Origin: Flectonema sp. DT1601
Lineage: Eukaryota
Assembly (NCBI GenBank): GCA_964019425.1
Contig: OZ025805.1
Span: 992,001-1,056,000 of the forward strand
DNA: 64,000 nt
Direction of reading: 5' to 3'
Every line of letters starts with the position of its first letter. The stretch's first letter is position 1. Below the pieces are notes generated by a model that worked only from the letters and a program-made list of their open reading frames with translations, made no database searches and was not told the DNA's origin. This document shows, one piece after another, positions 58,986 to 64,000 of this stretch. The translations under genes were made by a program, and so were the position numbers.

Positions 58986-59219
58986 TTTACTTAATTGCGT
59001 GGTTTCCTGCTAGTATACCGGACAAGGTGGAAGCAAAGTGTTTCTAGGTCTCCTGATCTAGTATGCCCTGTGCTGATACTAACAAAATAATCCCCCGGGA
59101 TTAGGTTCTTCCTACTGCCGCAGTATTGGGGACCCTCAGAAGAGCCACCCGGTACTCTTTGAGTGTCTACCTAACCGATACTCGGTGGTCTGATGGACTT
59201 GCTAACTAACTAACTAACT
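58985..59219. repeat. Hairpin-rich segment ending in (CTAA)4; probable LINE 3' end, or a separate poly(A)-tailed insert on the minus strand
   Basis: tcaga-agag-ccacc/ggtggtctga stem, followed by ctaactaactaactaac; a 36-nt T-run at 58949-58984 lies on the other side. Confidence 0.5.
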
Positions 59220-59772
59220 CTTTGTTTTTGTTCTTTTCACTTCTATGTTTGTCTTTCTTTTATACTTAAACAGGTAGGCCACTTGAGGACGTCAGAAATC
59301 TCGCCCTCAGAAATGAAAAAAACAGTGCACTCGAGAGAATATTGATAAAGAGAATACCTATTTTGTTTCGTCATTTTGTTCTTCTTGAGCATTACTCTCT
59401 GAAATCCTTTCCAGCCCAAGCCTGAATCCGAAAGGAATTGTGGTGCATAACGGACCAATTCCTTTTCTAGAGCAGAATCTAATCAATTAAACATCAAGTT
59501 GCGAAGATTCTCTGAACCTTAATTCTGAGTAAGTGATGAGATCCAGTCCATCTAATTATTCTAATTTTTGATGGCAAGCATGAAGGGTAAAGAGCAGTCC
59601 TCAAAGTCTCAGCATGACGCGCTTAACAAAAGGCTTCGCACTCAGCACCTTCGAGCATCCTGCTAAGTTCGAATGGAAGGTCCAAGCTACATTTCCTTGC
59701 TTAGACGAATGGAAACTTCAGTGCGTTTCTTGTATCCCTCAACACACTTTCCCTCCCTCCAGTTTTTAGCAC

Positions 59773-62700
59773 ATGTCAGTCGAACTTGAGGACCTTTTCC
59801 CACCGGACTCCGGGACTGCATCGAGGCTGCAAACCTTCTCATGCGGGGGTACAGAGTTGCTTCCAGCTTTGTCGACGAATAGAGTTACTGAATTGCTGAA
59901 TGTGAAGAGGAAAAGAGTTAACTATTCTGTGAATAAAACCGCATTGAGGTCACTTGTCAAGGCTAAGGGAATCCGCTCAACTAACAGCAGAGGCACATCT
60001 GTTTTGGAAGATGTAATGCGGAGGACCAGATATCAAAGAGAGAATTGTCTTCAAACATCATTACTACAACGAGCCATGGAGCCGGGAGTGCAACTACTAC
60101 ATGTTTTTGAGAGAATCAGCACAGCAGACTCTGTCTCGTTGGCTGCGATTGTTGCTAGTCATCCATCGCTGACAAGCATCGACTTGGGAGCAAATATTCT
60201 AACCCCTGCAGCTGTTAAAACACTGAAGCAATCGATTGAACAGAACACTAGAATAGTAAACGTACAAGTATGTAGTTGTGCCCCACACAGGATGCTGGAG
60301 TTGTCAGCCAGTGCAGTTGGTAACTGTAAAACGAATGAACGGAAACGTCGGATTACAGATTGTCGAACTCGAGCACGGATTCTTCGAACGATACGGCAGG
60401 TTGAGGTTGAGCAATGTGCCTTACTTCTGATAGAAGAGAAAACTCAACGGAAGAAAGTATTTAATTATCAATTAATTCAAAGAACGGAAGTAGAACGTCT
60501 CCAAGCTACTTCACATAAGAGAATAAGATATCAAGAGATTCTTGAAACAATGAGAAACTTAAAATGGAAACAACGACAGCAATTGGAAGAGGAGGAAACC
60601 CAATTCAGGGAAGCAGCATTCACAGATTTTCATATAGCTGGGTTAGGATTATTTCCCCATCGTGAGTCTGCCTTTAGACTGATACTCTCAGCTGAGGAAA
60701 CAATCATGCGAACCACACTACGAACATCTGAAAAGATGGATTGGGCCCTTGCGAGAAGGCGACAAAAACAACGAACGGAGTCAGAACAGGACCAACGCAA
60801 CCTACTGGCAACACAAGAGAGCAATGTTAGAACCAATCTCATAGGTACACAGGATTACTCTCTCAGAACATTATACGAACTCGAATTGGCAGCTCGTACA
60901 ATCTCTCTTACAGAAGAAGCAAAGCGAATTGCTGAGGAAGAAGCTGAAGCACAACGACAGCGAAATGCGGAAATTCAGGCCCAACGAGAAGCTGAATGGA
61001 AGCGAGAACGAGAACGCATAGAGCAGGCACGACTTGAAGAACTCAGAGCCAAAGAACGCGTTAAGTTTATTCGCAAGGAGGACGACGTCCGTAAAATAGT
61101 TCTGAAGAGACGAGACATTGAGATGGCTCAACTACAAGAATTGTTTTCAACAGACAAATCGATAGTTCTAAAATGGCAGGAGGTACAAGACAATGAACAA
61201 GCCCTTCGCCGAGCCGTGCAAGAGATTAAAATAAGCACGAAACTAGTCCCAATTATTACTGAGGGAGAAGCGATATTTAATCTCGAGACATTTGGTGCTT
61301 TCTTTATAAATTCAAGTAGCGGAGAAGTACAGATTGCGGATCGTATTGTTTTTGAAACAGACCTCAGCGAGCCATTCGACTTTCCTCGATCAATACAAAA
61401 AGCCGAAACACATCTTAATGCGAGTTTTAAGCAAGCCGACAGCGCCTTCCAAGCAGCGACGGAAGCGCTGAAAAATTCACAGCAGGAGGCAACTATTCGT
61501 ATAAAACAGACATTTCCGAATTTTGTATTCACCTATAGACTTTGTGGTACCTTGAAATTACCAAACCATCATGAAATAAGAAGAATACTATGCAATCCAA
61601 CAGGTGGGATACTCACATGTAGTATGTATGATGTTGGTATAAATCCATCTGTTGTAGAGAAAGTGTACTTAACACCAGAAGTTATTGCGAATGAAAATCT
61701 TAGTTGTGACGTTGATGAGGATGGAACGTTAACTATAAACTTGGCTGATGGATGCTATGATGCTAATGCTATAACAACAATCGTTAATGCAATATGCTAC
61801 TCTTGTACTGCAGAAGACTTTAATACTCCTTTTGAAAGAAAATTTGTGATATCAGCGTATTTTAAGTTTAGAGAATTCAACGTTTTCGGACTTGCACCTG
61901 ATGAGTTATTTTTAACATTACAAAATCCAATATGCATCTCTACAACCGTAGCCATGGCAGTCCTACCTCCTTATATTAAACAGAAGACAGGTACTACTAA
62001 CAAACTTCATTACGCTGATGGACTGGATTCTGAAGGTAGATCACTTTGTAGTAATTTTAACTTTTTGAATCCTCCGTTGATCTCTCAAGACTTTGATGGT
62101 CTTCAGTTTTATGATAGCGGTTTCTTTGAAGAGGGGACACTAATAACACTGTCGTTTACGATGGGGGGGGTTCCGGAAGATTTATATTTTATGAAAACTT
62201 CAAGTGTTTATGAAGAAGATCGGGTAGAGATTCTACGAGCACCTGACAGCCCAGCAGGTGGCCCTGCTGTAGGCATTACATTAGACAACAGAGTTGTGAT
62301 GAATGTTATCGAGGGAAATCTTTTTAGTACGAGGGAGCCACCACCGAGTAGCTTTGGTGTGTTTTCTTTTTTTTTTTTTGTACCGACGTAGTCGGAGAAG
62401 AAACTATTCAGATTGAAAACCGTAATTTCTTATGGTCATGATTTATTTTCCCCGTGCGACAGGATTATGTCTGCGTTCAACGAAATATAAGGTTAATCTG
62501 AATGGTTTTTTACCTGCGAACTCATTTCTGTGGAAAGAGAAGTAATGACAACAACAACAACAACAACAACAGCGAAGGGAGTTGGATTCTTAGGTTTACG
62601 TCTCAAAGTAGTGACACCGTTAACGTCTGAGGCAACAACTAAAATACTGTCTCGTATTCGATATTATAATAACTTTTTAAGACCTGTTGAAGAATTAAAA

Positions 62701-64000
62701 CGTTTAGAAGTATCTGTCAAAGACGACAGAGGATTCGTGTGTTCTGTTAATGTAAACCTCACAGTCATTGGAAAGAACAATCCAACGACTATATCGATAC
62801 CAACACCAAAGACGTATTTCAGACTTGTAACTCCTCCGTCTATCGAAGAGTCTCTCGTAGAGCTGTATGCTCCACCGATTAGTGCTAGACAGGTACCGAT
62901 ATTTCCAACAGTTTGTATTAATGATCCAGACACTGATAGGATCTTTGGGGGTGAGATCAGAGTAAGATTATTATCAGGTGTCTGTCGAGGTGATATTCTA
63001 CAAATCTACTCTTCTGGTTCTACGAAAATAGGAATCCGAACTCCTGAAGGAGAGGAATTATATTACGGTGACAAGCTATTTGGGTATCTCACCAAGCAAG
63101 GGACGCTTATTACTGCAGAAAAACGATGGCAATCAACATTGTCTGTTGGTAAAGGGAGACCTAAGAGAAGTTCTTTCGCACGTAAATCATTCAGACGAAC
63201 TACCAGTGCGGCAGCTGATGAAGAGCTGAATGAACTAATTATAAAATTAGATAACACTGGTAATGTAACACTTAATGGGATTCAATCGATACTGAGATCA
63301 GTTCATTACAATAGTACAAATCAATATCCTCAAGAAGGCATCAGAACTATTGAAGTGTTAGTTAATCTAGGACCAGGACTACCTGAAGATGCAGCGTCTT
63401 CGGAGATTGAGTCTTTAGCAAAACAAACTCCTGTTGAATTTGATCATTTATCAGCTAAATCAGAATTAAGAATTACTCCTTCACTGTTTGAATTAGTTCA
63501 TCAACCAGCAGCTGACATACGAGAAGGAGGTTCACCAGTTCGGATTGCTGTTTTTGAAGTGTCTGACACAAACACTTCTGGTATTGAAAACTTCTCAGGA
63601 GGATACATCCGTTGCTCAATTGTAAGTGGAAATACTGAAGATGACTTACTGGGATTAAAAGCAAAAGATTCCGATCTTCGATTGGTTCGCAAAAATGACA
63701 ACACCACAGACCTATTCGCTGGTGAGACTAAACAGATTGCTACAGCAACATTAACACCATCGAAAGTCACAATAAAATTTTCAAAACGAGTGCAAATAAC
63801 TCGAAAAGAAGTTTCTCAGATGCTGAAGTCTCTAACGTACTGCAAACTTGGAAACGAGGCTGGCGGCATATCAAAAGTAATTTTAATTTCTCTTAATGAT
63901 GGTAACAGTTCCAGCTCTCACATTCCTATTTGTTTAACTGTGGCTAAGAATGTTGGTTTGACGGAGATTGTTCTTGTGGGTAACAGACTCAAGTATGTGT
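59773..64000 (+). CDS. Large protein (LRR-like segment, long coiled coil, repeated beta-rich modules), 3'-partial. join(59773..62356,62573..>64000)
   Basis: SLTSIDLGANILT is LRR-like. Intron GTGTGT 62357..CAACAG 62572 restores a frame that appears open to the window end. Recurring GG.I...L.....Y modules. Confidence 0.8.
62380..62505. mobile_element. Hairpin/subterminal-IR element, copy 6 (intronic, best preserved)
   Basis: ccgac-gta-gtcgg hairpin. aaactattcagattga 62401-62416 vs ttaatctgaatggttt 62493-62508 is a 14/16 inverted match. Confidence 0.9.

Noticed and set aside
59125..59165. Similarity to the Ingi/L1Tc 77-nt HDV-like signature (GCCACC..GTACTCTTTG)
   Set aside because: Only short word matches, at the wrong end of the element, and no nested double pseudoknot could be built.
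1..64000. Spliced-leader RNA gene or rRNA
   Set aside because: No euglenozoan SL core (CAGTTTCTGTACT-like) or rRNA-like segment was seen by eye.

Overview
AT-rich eukaryotic genomic DNA, most consistent with a euglenozoan and probably a diplonemid. This is inferred from three things: all ~27 protein genes are co-oriented on +, they carry many short GT-AG introns, and the U6 snRNA has a kinetoplastid-like 5' end. Host genes include a BMP-receptor/cyclase-like/kinase fusion, an amidase, glutathione reductase, a GIGYF-like protein, a BTB protein, an LPAAT, PPR-like proteins, an acylated calpain, RPS3, a RasGAP-CRAL/TRIO-RhoGAP fusion, MAM33-like and TM9SF-like proteins and a dual-specificity phosphatase. 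The Pol III genes lie on the minus strand: two identical U6 copies (one inside an intron) and tRNA-Ile(UAU). Mobile and repeat DNA comprises a 5'-truncated RT-RNase H LINE head-to-head with the tRNA, six copies of a ~125-bp hairpin + subterminal-IR element, a 159-bp x ~12.6 intronic array with box C/D-like motifs, and a family of structured CCCCCT-ended elements. The strongest signal is at 2543-2678: a complete hammerhead ribozyme core whose three strands are in a non-circularly permuted order, embedded in a five-helix junction behind an intronless element-like ORF. All structures were paired by eye and no searches were run.
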